Positions 25,271 through 37,807 of a stretch of 64,000 nucleotides of DNA are shown here, in pieces. Position numbers and translations under genes: made by a program. A model generated the notes under the pieces. That model had not been told where the DNA came from, did no database searches, and was given only the letters and a program-made list of their open reading frames with translations. Each line of letters begins with the position of its first letter. The first letter of the stretch is position 1. This DNA is from Malacoraja senta (Eukaryota), in NCBI GenBank assembly GCA_038087875.1, contig JAXLNO010000709.1, positions 434,001 to 498,000 of the forward strand. The letters are read 5' to 3'.

Positions 25271-25340
25271 AAGGGGAGGGAGGAGAAAGGGGGGAGGGAG
25301 GAGAAAGGGGAGAGAGGGAGGAGGAGGGAGGAGGGGGGGA
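25271..25340. repeat. 70-nt pure polypurine (G/A) tract
   Basis: No pyrimidine from 25271 to 25340. Confidence 0.9.
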
Positions 25341-26246
25341 TGATCAGCGAAAGCGGGTAAAATTCCCATTAGAATGCAAATCAACATTAAAAGAGCACAA
25401 AACAAGCGTCTCGTAGGCAGCAATGGACAGGACTTTTAATAAGAAACTCCAGCACAGGCAAGGCTCATTGAAACAAAAAGCGGCTTCTTTGTGTAACTTG
25501 GTTGCTGAAAGTCTCGCAAGATTCGTTCAGCAAAGTTTTCTCCTCCGGTGCGGTTCATTGGGCGTGAGCTGGGCAGGCGCTGGTTTGTATATAGGACATC
25601 AGTCCTCATATGCCTTTTGCTAACTAGATTAAGACCATGTCCTGGGATTGCTGTGGGCGGGTTAGGGTATACTGCCCCCTGTTGGGCAATCCGCCGCAAC
25701 TACCGCTGCACTCTGGACCCTATTGTACCTTTTCATACAGGATCGCTGCACTCGTTCTTGTTATGTAGTTGTTTAAAATGGTTTATACAGAATTATTTTG
25801 TCCCAAGTGCTCAATGATACAAAAGTTTTGCAAAGTGCGTGAGACGCAGAGGCTATGCAATCGCAGAGTAAATGGTGTCTCCACTTAGACCCTATGTAAC
25901 CATTGCTGTTGGCATAGATGGGAGAAAAAATCCTTCGGTGCCAACAGCTCACTGAGTTTCTCCATCAGTGTTACTTTTGCGCAGTGGGAATCTCACGCTG
26001 CTTTGTCCTACGGGGGAGTGGGATGAATCAAATGTAATGGTGGTTATTCCAAAGCCTTTGATGAAGCCAAGTCGAGTTTTATTGTCGTATGCACAAGCAG
26101 GGTGAGGTGCAGGTACAATGACAATCTTACTTGCAGCAACTTCACAGGCACATGGAGATCCAGACCACACACAAAACATAAAATTATATATAAATAACAC
26201 ATAAATTATACGCAGTGAAAATAATAAAGACACGGGTGTCAGGGGT

Positions 26247-28045
26247 TAGAAACATAGAAAATAGGTGCAGGAGTAGGCCATTCGGCCCTTCGAGCCTGCA
26301 CCGCCATTTAATATCATGGCTGATCATCCAACTCAGTATCCTGTACCTGCTTTCTCTCCATACCCTCTGATCCCTTTAGCCACAAGGGCCACATCTAACT
26401 CCCTCTTAAATATAGCCAATGAACTGGCCTCAACTACATTCTGTGGCAGAGAATTCCAGAGATTCACCACTCTCTGTGTAAAAAATGTTTTTCTCATCTC
26501 AGTCCTAAAAGATTTCCCCTTTATCCTTAAACTGTGACCCCTTGTTCTGGACTTCCCCAACATCGGGAACAATCTTCCTGCATCTAGCCTGTCCAACCAC
26601 TTAAGAATTTTGTAAGTTTCTATAAGATCCCCCCTCAATCTTCTAAATTCTAGCGAGTACAAGCCGAGTCTATCTAGTCTTTCTTCATATCAAAGTCCTG
26701 ACATCCCAGGAATCGGTCTGGTGAACCTTCTCTGTACTCCCTCTATGTCCTTAGGCCCTTAGGAGACCAAAACTGTATGCAATACTCCAGGTGTGGTCTC
26801 ACCAAGACCCTGTACAACTGCAGTAGAACCTCCCTGCTCCTATACTCAAATCCTTTTGCTATGAAGGCTAACATACCATTCGCTTTCTTCACTGCCTGCT
26901 GCACCTGCATGCCTACTTTCAATGGCTGGTGTACCATGACACCCAGGTCTCGTTGCATCTCTCCTTTTCCTAATCGGCCACCATTCAGGTAATAGTCTAC
27001 TTTCCTGTTTTTGCCACCAAAGTGGATAACCTCACATTTATCCACATTATACTGCATCTGCCATGCATTTTCCCACTCACCCAGCCTATCCAAGTCATCT
27101 TGCAGCCTCCTAGCACCCTCCTCACAGCTAACACTGCCCCCCAGCTTCGTGTCATCCGCAAACTTGGAGATGTTGCATTCAATTCCCTCGTCCAAATCAT
27201 TAATATATATTGTAAATAGCTGGGGTCCCAGCACTGAGCCTTGCGGTACCCCACTAGTCACTGCCTGCCATTCTGAAAAGGACCCGTTTACTCCTACTCT
27301 TTGCTTCCTGTCTGCCAGCCAGTTCTCTATCCACATCAATACTGAACCCCGAATACCGTGTGCTTTAAGTTTGTATATTAATCTCTTATGTGGGACCTTG
27401 TCGAAAGCCTTCTGAAAGTCCAGATATAACACATCCACTGGTTCTCCCTTATCCACTCTACTAGTTACATCCTCGAAAAATTCTATAAGATTCGTCAGAC
27501 ATGATTTACCTTTCATAAATCCATGCTGACTTTGTCCAATGATTTCACCATTTTCCAAATGTGCTGCTATCCCATCTTTAATAACTGACTCTAGCAGTTT
27601 CCCCACTACCGATGTTAGACTAACTGGTCTGTAATTCCCCATTTTCTCTCTCCCTCCCTTTAAAAAATGTTGGGTTACATTAGCTACCCTCCAATCCTCA
27701 GGAACTACTCCAGAATCTAAAGAGTTTTGAAAAATTATCACTAATGCATCCACTATTTCTGGGGCTACTTCCTTAAGTACTCTGGGATGCAGCCTATCTG
27801 GCCCTGGGGATTTATCGGCCTTTAATCCATTCAATTTACCTAACACCACTTCCTGGCTAACCTGGATTTCACTCAGTTCCTCCATCTCATTTGACCCCCG
27901 GTCCCCTGCTATTTCCGGCAGATTAATTAAGTCTTCCTTAGTGAAGACAGAACCAAAGTAGTTATTCAATTGGTCTGCCATGTCCTTGTTCCCCATGATC
28001 AATTCACCTGTTTCAGACTGCAAGGGACCTACATTTGTTTTAACT
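26247..28045 (-). mobile_element. CR1-clade LINE with a nearly complete RT domain
   Basis: ORF 26743-28221: [48 protein letters not shown]; frameshift near 26750. Confidence 0.93.
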
Positions 28046-28189
28046 AATGGGGTAAGGCAGGATATAATGGGGAGAAGGCAGGATAATTGGGTTAGGATGG
28101 AGAGAGAGATCAGCCATGATTGAATTGTGGAGTAAACTTGATGGGCTGTATGGCCCAATTCTTCTCCTATCACTTTTGACCTTATGACA

Positions 28190-29405
28190 ATGCAAAAATA
28201 GGACTTTAGTGCAAAGTACAATAGAGAACAAGGCCACAGTGGTACAAGAGGTGGTCTCTAGTGTTCTGTTGCTGAGACGAGTTTTGGGTTGTGCAGGTCT
28301 CTTCAAGAATCTGACAGTTGTAGGAAAGTAGCTGTTGCCAAACTTTGTGGCGTTGAGACTTCAGGCTTCTGTACCTCCTGCCTGATGGTAGCAGCAAGAA
28401 GAGGGCATGGCTCCGATGGTGGGTGATCCTTGATGATAGATGTTGCCTTCTTGCAGTACACCTCATGCAGGTAGATGCTTTCAATGATGGGGTGGGCTGT
28501 GCCCATAATGGAGTAGACTGAGTCCATGCTCTCTGCAGCCTCTCGCATTCCCGAGCTTAGGAATTGCAGTACCAGTCCATGGTGCCACCAGCAGGATACT
28601 TTCTACACTGCATCTGTAGAGGTTTGTTACAGTATTCAATGAGATTCTGAACATCCATAAACTTTCAAGAAATTTTAGGTGTAGGAAGGAACTGCAGATG
28701 CTGGTTTACACCAAAGGTACACAGAAAATGCTGGAGTAACTCAGCGGGACAGGCAGCATCTCTGAAGAGAAGGAATGGGTGACATTTCAGGTCGAGACCC
28801 TTCTTCAGACTGGGAAAGTATAGGCACTGGCATAACTTCTTCATGATTATATCCATGTGCTGGGCCCAGAATAGGTCATCATGAAGTTAAGGCTCATGCA
28901 TCTGAAGCGGCTCTCTCTCTCCACTGCTGACCCACCAATGAAAACTGATAGTAGAGACAAAGAACTGCAGATGCTGGTTTACACCAAAAATAGACCCAAA
29001 GTGCTGGAGTAACTCAGTGGATCGGGCAGCATCTCTGGAGGGAAAGGATGGGACGTTTTGGATCGGGACCCTTCTTCAGACTGAAACATGGTCTTCCGAC
29101 ATACTCGTTCTGAAGTCAATGATTAGTTCCTTGGTTTTGTTGATGTTGAGCGGGAGGTTGTTGTGAAACCACTCAACCAGGTGTTCCATCTCTCTCCCTT
29201 TACACTAATTCATCATCACACATGATTTGGCCAACAACAGTAGTGTCAGCAAATTTATAGATGGCATTGGAGCTGTGCTTAGCCACACAGTCATGGGCGT
29301 ATAGAGAGTAGTGCAGGGGCTAAGCACCCGGCCTTGAGGTGCACCTGTATTGATGTTCAGTGTGGGGGAGATGTCACTGATCCACACTGATTGAGGTCTG
29401 CCCAT
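28190..29405 (-). mobile_element. Degenerate Rex1/Babar LINE (3' tail probably at ~26065-26230)
   Basis: TLNINTGAPQGRVLSP and HALFLLLPSGRRYRSLKS motifs; interrupted by Penelope fragments at 28679-28812 and 28954-29083. Confidence 0.75.
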
Positions 29406-29408
29406 GAA

Positions 29409-29870
29409 GTCACACACCCATGCGCGCACGCACACCCATGCTCGCACACACCCACCCATGCTCGCACACACACACCCATGCTCGCACACACCCACACCCA
29501 CCCATGCTCACACACCCACCCACCCATGCTCGCACACACCCACCCATGCACACACACACATACACACCCATGCGTGCACACACTCATGCGCGCGCACACA
29601 CACCCATGCGCGCGCACTCACCCATGTGCGCGCACACACACCCATGTGCACACACACACACACCCATGCGCACACACACACACCCATGCACGCACACATG
29701 CACACGCACACGTACACACTCATGCACACATATGCACACACATATGCGCACACATACATGCACAACTCGCGTGCACACACATGCACACACATGTACACAG
29801 ACACACATGTACACACACACATACATACACGTACACATGCATACACACACACACGCACTCACACACCATG
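29409..29870. repeat. Compound (CA)n-rich micro/minisatellite with CACACCCATGC units
   Basis: Directly visible; source of spurious HT/CV-rich ORFs. Confidence 0.95.
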
Positions 29871-31074
29871 CTCTCTCAAAAAGGATGGAAAACGCCTCTA
29901 TGGGTGACAAAGCGGTGCTTCACTGTGTCTTAATTAATAACGTTTCAATCAATTGTGTCTGTTTCAGTGGGCTTTGCTAATCCAGTTGGCAACGCCAAGC
30001 GTTTGAAGAAACTGCTGGCGCTACCAGAGGATCACCCTACAAGAGAAAGTGAGCTGGTTCGAGACAGGCGTGTAATCGCCTTGTCGGCGGTGACTGAGGA
30101 AGAAAGAAGTTAGAAATCCCAGCATTGGTTTTGGATCTGGTTTCAGGTAAATCATTGCAGATTTAGCCTAACAAAATCCAGCTGTTACAAAGCACAACCT
30201 GCAACTATTCAATGCAATGTTCCATGCTGGGACATGCGTTGCAGTTGTGAACTTCAAATGAGAACGCTGAAGCATATTAAAGGCCGTATCGTATGCATTG
30301 AAAATTTAGCTTGCCATAAAGCCCACTCAATCGTATCATGCAAACTTCACGTGCATCATTCTATAAACAGTGAGGGTGACTTTATTTTAGCTTGGTCAAG
30401 ACACGCTTATTCTGTTAATAATTTATATGTATTTTACTTATCTCTCAAGATCAAATCAGGACACAAACTTTCCTGCTCTTGGGCCGTTGGAGTTGAACTG
30501 AAGTGATAGTATTTAATTACTCCTATGATTATTATTGCAGAGGAGACAAGAATAACACGAACCGACTGTCTTCATCTCTTCTAGACTGTTATAAATCTAT
30601 GCTGTGGTTCACATTAACAGAATTTAACGACATTCTACTCATTTAGTGCCAAAGTATATTGAAATATGTAAACTATACATGACTGATTTAAAGCTATCAG
30701 ATGGACACGTTGGTCAGTGCGGATGAGTTGGGCCGAAGGGCCTGTTGCTGGGCGGTATGATTCTGTGACTAATGATGTGAAAATGAGGTTTTGGATAATT
30801 GATATTGCAATCACTCTTGATTTTCTGTAGAAAATCCATGTGGAATATTCCTTTCAAGCATGCCAAACCTTTACTCCAATGTTCCAATTACTCATTTGTT
30901 ATATGCCAAAAATGTTTCTTTCTTGTGCTCTTGGTGTGATTTTGATGTTTATATTCTCCCAACACAAAGTTGTCAACTTAGTTCTCAGGTGTTTAGTTAA
31001 CTTATCACCATTAAACCCATCCTACTGCGAGCCCACACATGTCATATCTGAAATAATAGAAATTGTGGAAATGT

Positions 31075-31241
31075 AGTTTAGTTTAGCTTAGTTTAGAGAT
31101 GCAGCATGGAAACGGGCCCTTTGGTCCACTGAGTCCACGCCGACCAGCGATCCCCGCACACTAATGCTAACCCACGCACACACGCACACGCACACACGCA
31201 CACGCACACGCACACGCACACGCACACGCACACGCACACAC

Positions 31242-31309
<68 letters not shown>

Positions 31310-31511
31310 CACAATTTACCATTTAACCAAACCAATTGACACAAACATGTAGGTCTTTGGAGTGTGGGAGGAAAACAGTACACCCGGAGAAAACCTACAC
31401 GGGTCATGGGGAGAACATACAAACTCCATACAGACAGCACCCATAGTCCGGATTGAATCTTGGTCTCTGGCACTGTAAGGCAGCAACTCTACTGCTGCGC
31501 CACCATGCCGC
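31075..31511 (-). mobile_element. HE1-like V-SINE with an expanded internal microsatellite
   Basis: SINE interrupted by (CACACG)n(CA)n. Confidence 0.85.
31174..31307. repeat. (CACACG)n followed by (CA)n microsatellite
   Basis: Directly visible. Confidence 0.95.
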
Positions 31512-32515
31512 TTGATAAGAGATTTGAGCATCCTTGGATAGAAAGCACTAAATGGTTGTGCACAGCTGCCGAAAGAAATCAAATGGAATGCTGATATTTA
31601 TCACATGAGATTTGGAATAAAGAAAGAAAGGACTATAGTTCATATAGACAATTCCTTCTGAATTGTCACGATGAACATCATAGAGAACAGCCCTCAGAAA
31701 GATATATTGGCTTTAAGATGTGCGGTTTGGCTGCTGTGCATAATATTGTCTCGGCTTAAAGAGTTAAACTGACAAAAGAAAAATTGACAACCTGATTGTA
31801 TTATATTGTCTTTAGAAGAATGAAGAGTGATCCATCTGAGGGGTAACATAAATTTTCATGACTAACTGAAGATTAACTATCTTCTCTGCTGAAAATTAGA
31901 ACTGGGCCACTTCTTAGTGCAATCAGGGAACATTTTTCTCTGCACAAATGATTGTATTCTGGTCCTTTCTCTTGAGTATAGTAAAAATATAATGAGATTG
32001 ATATATTTTTGTTAGATGAGGGTACCTATCATATATTGTGTTTTTTTAAATAGGTATTTAAAAAACAGAGCTTGATTGGTTCTTGATTAGTAAGGGCATC
32101 AAAGGCTACAGGAAGAAGGCAGGTGAATGGTGTTGAGGGGGTAACATAGATCGGCTATGATTAAATGGTGAAGCAGCCTCGATGGGCCAAATGGCCTAAT
32201 TCTGCTCCTATGTCTTATGATCTAATAGATCATGAGCTAGTGTTTTAGTACAATTGAATGGACTTCCAGACCAGTTTGTAGTGCAATGAATTGTGCACCC
32301 TATAGCTCTGGGTCCTGAGTCACGCGTACCTCTATTAGAAAGGTTCAACAGCTTTTGTCAATACAGGAGGCAGTGATCACAATGCATAGTAATGGACCCA
32401 TCAACTGTGCACACAGATACAGATAAGTTGAAGAGTTAGAAACTATTGGATTTCCCTTGTCCTATGGCAAATGTTACTATTTCATCTTTGAAATGAATGC
32501 CTCAACACGGTTGAA

Positions 32516-32828
32516 GGACACAGTGCTACAGCAGTAGAGTTGCTGCCTTACAGTGCCAGAGACCCGGGTTCGATCCTGACTATGGGTGCTTGTCTGTATG
32601 GGATTTGTACGTTCTCCCCGTGACCTGCGTGGGTTTTCTCTGAGATCTCCGGTTTCCTCCTGAACTCCAAAGACGTACAGGTTTGGAGGTTCATTGGTTT
32701 GGTATAAATGTAAATTGTCCCTAGTGTGTGTAGGGTAGTATTAATGTGCACGTTCGCTGGTCGGTGTGGACTCGGTGGGCTGAAGGGCCTGTTTCCACGC
32801 TGTATCTCTAAACTAAACTAAAACAAAC
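32516..32828 (+). mobile_element. HE1-like V-SINE
   Basis: Head, core and tail. Confidence 0.85.
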
Positions 32829-32941
32829 ATCAACTTTCATTCCAATCTGGTAGCACTCATGGCATAAAATTATTGTGCTTATTGGCAAAACAAAGTTCAT
32901 TGACCAAATCAGAGTGGATATTTGATTTCCGCTTCCTTTCA

Positions 32942-33362
32942 ATTATGAGAGATATGACATTCACACATAGTTCCTTTGAACCACAGCAGGGATAAGAGAT
33001 CTCAACCACAACGTGAGGTTGAGAAGCATAGGGATACAAGGAATTACAGATGCTGGCGTACAAAATAATACACAAAATGCTGGAGTACTGATTGTGGATG
33101 ATCAGCCATGATCACATTGAATGGCGGTGCTGGCTCGAAGGGCCAAGTGGCCTACTCCTGCACCTATTGTCTATTGTCTATCCATGTTTTCCAGAGATGC
33201 TGCCTGACCCACCGAGTTACTCCAGCAATTTGTGTTTTTTTGTACGCCAGCATCTGCAATTCCTTGTATCCCTATGCTTCTTCAAGCTCACTTTGTGGTT
33301 GAGATCTCTTATCCCTGCTGTGGTTCAAAGGAACTGTGTGTGAATGTTATATCTCTCATAAT
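32942..33362. repeat. ~145-bp inverted duplication (32942-33087 vs ~33218-33362)
   Basis: Arms are reverse complements; the peptide VVEISYPCCGSKELCVNVISLII appears on both strands in the ORF track. Confidence 0.9.
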
Positions 33363-34906
33363 CTACTCCTTCACTAGGGATGATGCCTCAGTGGGTTCAA
33401 AGGTTGAAACATCCCAAGGAATGGATGGAGTTTATCCACCTTTATATCTAGGAGGCAAAGGAAGAGATTACCGGTTGCTCTATCATCTACACCATTCACC
33501 TGCCTTCTTCCTGAAGAATTGTCCAGACTATCCATGTTCTGCAGAGATGCTGCCTGACCCATTGAGTTACTCCAGCACTCTGTATTTTTTTTTTGTAGAA
33601 GCTTGGGTTGTTCTTCTCACAGCAATGGAAGTTTGTAAGGAAAGGGCTACGAGTTCATGATGCATGTTCCCATTTTATTTCGGGGCAAGGGGAAGGTGAC
33701 AAATTTAAAGTGATGGGTAGATTATATATATTATATATATAATATGTGAAAACCCCTTGTTATGCAGAAAGTTGTAGTGAGCTCCGTTATCACTCTGTAA
33801 AGGTGCTGAAAACATGGAGTGACGGGGCTTTCAAAAGGGAACATGGTGGGATTTGAAGGAAAAATAAATCTCAGGGTTATGGGAAAAGAAAGGTGGGGTG
33901 GGGAGAGTGGAACAGGGTGGAGTGGAATGCCTAACAAACTGCTGAAATGTAGGCTGAATTTGGCCTCTGACAATGGTGCAGTGACTCAATAATTCAATGA
34001 CTCTGTCCAGAATAGGCTAGTTGAGAACTGGAACTTGCCACGTGGAGACTTTGGATGTAAAATCGGTCTCCAGAACGGGAAAGAGAACTTTCCTTTATGT
34101 TGCGCTTTGTCATTTTGACAAACCAACTCAAAAGTATTTCATACAATCAATTTACTGCAGTGAAATCTGTGATCCTGTTTCAATCACAGTATACTTGTTA
34201 TTTTCTGTCGTTTCAAGTTTTCCACAATGGCAAAGTGTCTAGTTCAACATTTTCCAGAGAATAAAAAGCGAATCTTGGCTTTGGCAATTCTATGCGTTCC
34301 CCTATTTCTTTTTCCATTCCCATAGCCTCATTGCCTTTTCACTTCTCCAGCTGAGATGATAACTGGAGACTTGTCAATGCCGTGTGCCAGACTGTTGTAA
34401 GGACAGCCCACAGCACTACCCTGCTGAGGCCCAGCCTTTAAACATTGGAAACCCTGTGTGTCAACAGTCATTAACGTGCTAATAAAACAACAGTAGGTTG
34501 CTGCATTTATTGCAGTTATTATTCATTAGAGTTATAGATGTTACTGGCAATTTCCCTGCAGCAAATACGGTGATGAAATATAATAACAAAACCCCCAAAA
34601 AACTAATTTTGATTGTGTTATTTGAATTTGGAATGTCTCTCCTAATATGCCCTTATAATAAATAGGATATTCTAATTATCATTCACATTATACAGATCAT
34701 TTGACTAAAAAAAATGTTATTGCTCTTCCATACTCAGCAAAATCTCGGTTGCTATGGTGTTGCAAATATCTCATTACATCTTAGCAGGACTTCAAATTAC
34801 TGCCTCTGCTTTATTCACTGGATCACCACATGCTTTGTTTCCCTGTCGATGAACTAAGGGTTTTTGATAAATCACAACTGGTCTGACATTAATGTTCTTC
34901 CTTCCT

Positions 34907-35232
34907 TTAGTTTAGCTAAGAGATACAGCAAAGAAACAGGCCCTTCGACTCACCAAGTCCATGCTGACCATCAATCACCCGTTCACACTAGCTCTGTAAT
35001 CCCACTGTTGCATCCGTTCCCTACACACTAGGGGTAATTTACAATGACCAATTAACCTACAAACGTGCACTTCTTTGGGATGTGGGAGGAAACCAGAGGA
35101 TCCGGAGGAAACCCACGCCGTCACAGGGAGAACATGCAAACTCCACACAGACAGCACCGGAGGTCAGGATTGAACCCTGGGTCTCTGTTGCTGTGAGGCA
35201 GCAGCTCTACTGCTCTGGCACAGTGCCGCCCA
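34907..35232 (-). mobile_element. HE1-like V-SINE
   Basis: Head, core and tail. Confidence 0.85.
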
Positions 35233-36266
35233 TTTGTAGTACAATTGATGCTTTCTACATCTGAATTCTTCCTTTAAACTGATAGCAATATAGTGTCTCA
35301 CAAATATTAAGACCAAGATATATGAGATGATGTGGTTTCTTACAATGTTATGGAACAGTAGTGTAGTGGCATAACGTGTAGAGTCACTGCTTCGCAGTGC
35401 TAGAGTCCTAGGTTCAATCTGACTCTGGGCACAGTCTGCGTCGAGTGTCCACTATCTTCCAGTGACTGCATGGGTTTCTGCTGTCTGCTCCGGTTTTCTC
35501 CCACACTGCAAAGAGATGAATTAGCCACCATCGTAGGTGAATTGGCCACCATCATCTACTCCTTTACCAAGGATGATGCCTCAGCGGGTTCAAAGGTGGA
35601 AAAATCCCAAGGAATGGCGGGAGTCTATCCACCTTTAAATCTAGGAGGCAAAGGAAGAGATTACCAGTTGCTCTATCTGAAAATTTCAAATCGTTGATGG
35701 ATAAAAGGTACCAGATGACTGGAGGACAATTAATGTGACCCCCCCTCCCTTCTCCCCCTCAGTAACACAATTTCAGCTCATCAGCTTAAACCTCATTATA
35801 ATTTCTCACTTTTTTCTACTGTCCAATCTCTTGTCATGAGATTATTAATATCAAGGGAGTTGGCCGTGAGGTAACACAAATTTGTTTCCCCTTGTTTAAG
35901 AATATAAAACTTAGAACATAGAACAGTGCAGCATAACAACAAGCCTCTTCAGCCCATAATGTCTGTGCAGAACATGACACAAAGACCAACTCTTATCTGC
36001 CTGCCCAAAATCCATAATCATCCCTTCCTGCATATGGCTGTCCAAAAGTCACACAAGTTTTCTATCCAGAAGCCTATTTTAGTTCATTTAACTTTTCTGC
36101 TTTATGTAACTTAAGAAATCTCAAATAAGATTTTACTGGTCTCTGAAATATATATGCACCGCCAGTGATGGTAAAATATTGTGATGGGACAGATCTTCCA
36201 CTGCCCTGAGACTGGGTATCACTTGCCCTTGGACCATATTGTTTCAGCAAGGTCCCAGGCACACTA

Positions 36267-36612
36267 TTAGTTTAGTTTTGTTTAGTTTAGAGATTTAGTT
36301 TGGTTTACTTTAGAGATACAGCTTGGAAACAGGCCCTTTGGCCCACCGAGTCCCCGCCGACCAGCGATCGTCCTGTACACTAACACTATCCTATACACTA
36401 GGGACAAGTGTACAATTTTTGCCAAAGCCAAATGAACCGACAAACCTGTACATCTTTGGAGTCTGGGAGGAAACTGGAGCACCCTGGGAATACCCACGTG
36501 GTCACAGGGAGAGTGTACAAACTCCATACCGATAGCACCCGTAGTCAGGATCGAACCCGGGTCTCTGGCGCTGTAAGGCAGTAACTCCACCGCTGCGCCA
36601 TCATGCCGCCCC
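36267..36612 (-). mobile_element. HE1-like V-SINE
   Basis: Head, core and tail. Confidence 0.85.
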
Positions 36613-37807
36613 AATGGCATGGTCCCAGGTGAACTATTTTGACAGTACAGAGACTCTCATAATAGCAAACTGGTTGTCTGTACTCCACACCTGGCAAAGC
36701 CCTAAGCTGTCTGTAAAATTAGATAATCGTCATCTGAATCAGCACGAGGAGTTTTGCTATGAGATGGAAAAAAGTAAACAGAAAGTAGACAGTATTATAA
36801 CAGGACTCTTGGGGATCTTGGGGTGCAAGTCCATAGTTGCCTGAAAGTGGCAACACAAGTAAGCAAGGTGGTAAATAAGGCACATGGCATGCTTGCCTTC
36901 ATCAGTCAGGGCGTTGAATATAAAATGTAATAGACACAGAGTGCTGGAATAACTCAGTCAGGCAAAATCTCAGGAGAAAAAGGCTAAGGTGACATTTCGA
37001 GTCGGGACCCTTCTTCAGACCCTGAGTTTTTAGAAAGGTCCTGAACTAAAACATCACCAATGTTTTTTCTCCTGAGATGCTGCCTGACTTGTTGAGTTAC
37101 TCCGGCACTTTGTGTCTGTCATTGAATATAAAAGTCGGGAAGTGCTGTTGCATCCATATGTAAATAACCCTGCCACATTTCTGCTATTGTATGCACTTCT
37201 GGTCGGCGCATTACGGGAAGCTTTGGAGCGGGTGCAGAAGAGGTTCACCAGTATTTTGAATGGATCGGACAGTATTGGATATAAGGAGAGTTTGGACAAA
37301 TGTGAATAGTTTTCTCTCTAGTGTAAGAGGGTGAGGAAAGAACCTGATAGAAGTTTGTAAAATTATGAAAGGCACAGAGAGAGTGGACGGAGTCTTTTTC
37401 CCTGGAAGGAAACGTCAAATACCAAATGGCATGGCTTTTGATGTGAGAAATGGAAAGTGTGAAGGCAATTTGCATTGCACGTGTTTTTCACAGAGAGTGG
37501 TAGGTGCCTGGAATGTGCCTCCATGGGTGATGGTTGAATTGAATTGAATAATTTATTGTCACATGTGGCAAGTCACAGTGAAATTCTTTGCTTGCATACC
37601 CAAGGTATACAAATAGTCGCCCATAAAGGGCAATTACAAAGTTACAAAGTACCCCAGCGCCAGGTCCCCCCACCGCTCCCCCTCCCTCCCGGTGGTTCCC
37701 CCCACGCCGGGTCCTCCTTTATTCCTTCCCTCGGCAGCGGCGTCCTCACTCCACCTGTCCGTCTTCATCCGTCAGTCGGCGCCATCATTTCAATGAGGTT
37801 GGTGTAG

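Larger units (their letters stand above)
19150..25900. promoter_or_regulatory. CpG-rich domain (CpG island-like) spanning the VCAN promoter, exon 1 and start of intron 1
   Basis: CG dinucleotides are visibly much denser here than in the AT-rich flanks, mostly in non-repeat sequence; boundaries approximate. Confidence 0.65.

Noticed and set aside
25374..25440. ATG CAA ATC AAC ATT AAA (MQINIK), resembling the human versican start MFINIK
   Set aside because: Not hydrophobic afterwards, reaches a stop codon and has no splice context; the true exon 2 is at 43414-43489
26743..28221. 492-aa ORF as a host gene or intact reverse transcriptase system
   Set aside because: 5'-truncated CR1 ORF2 lacking the endonuclease, with a chimeric N-terminus and a frameshift at the 3' end
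29205..29980. Long His/Thr- and Cys/Val-rich ORFs on both strands
   Set aside because: Translations of a (CA)n-type satellite
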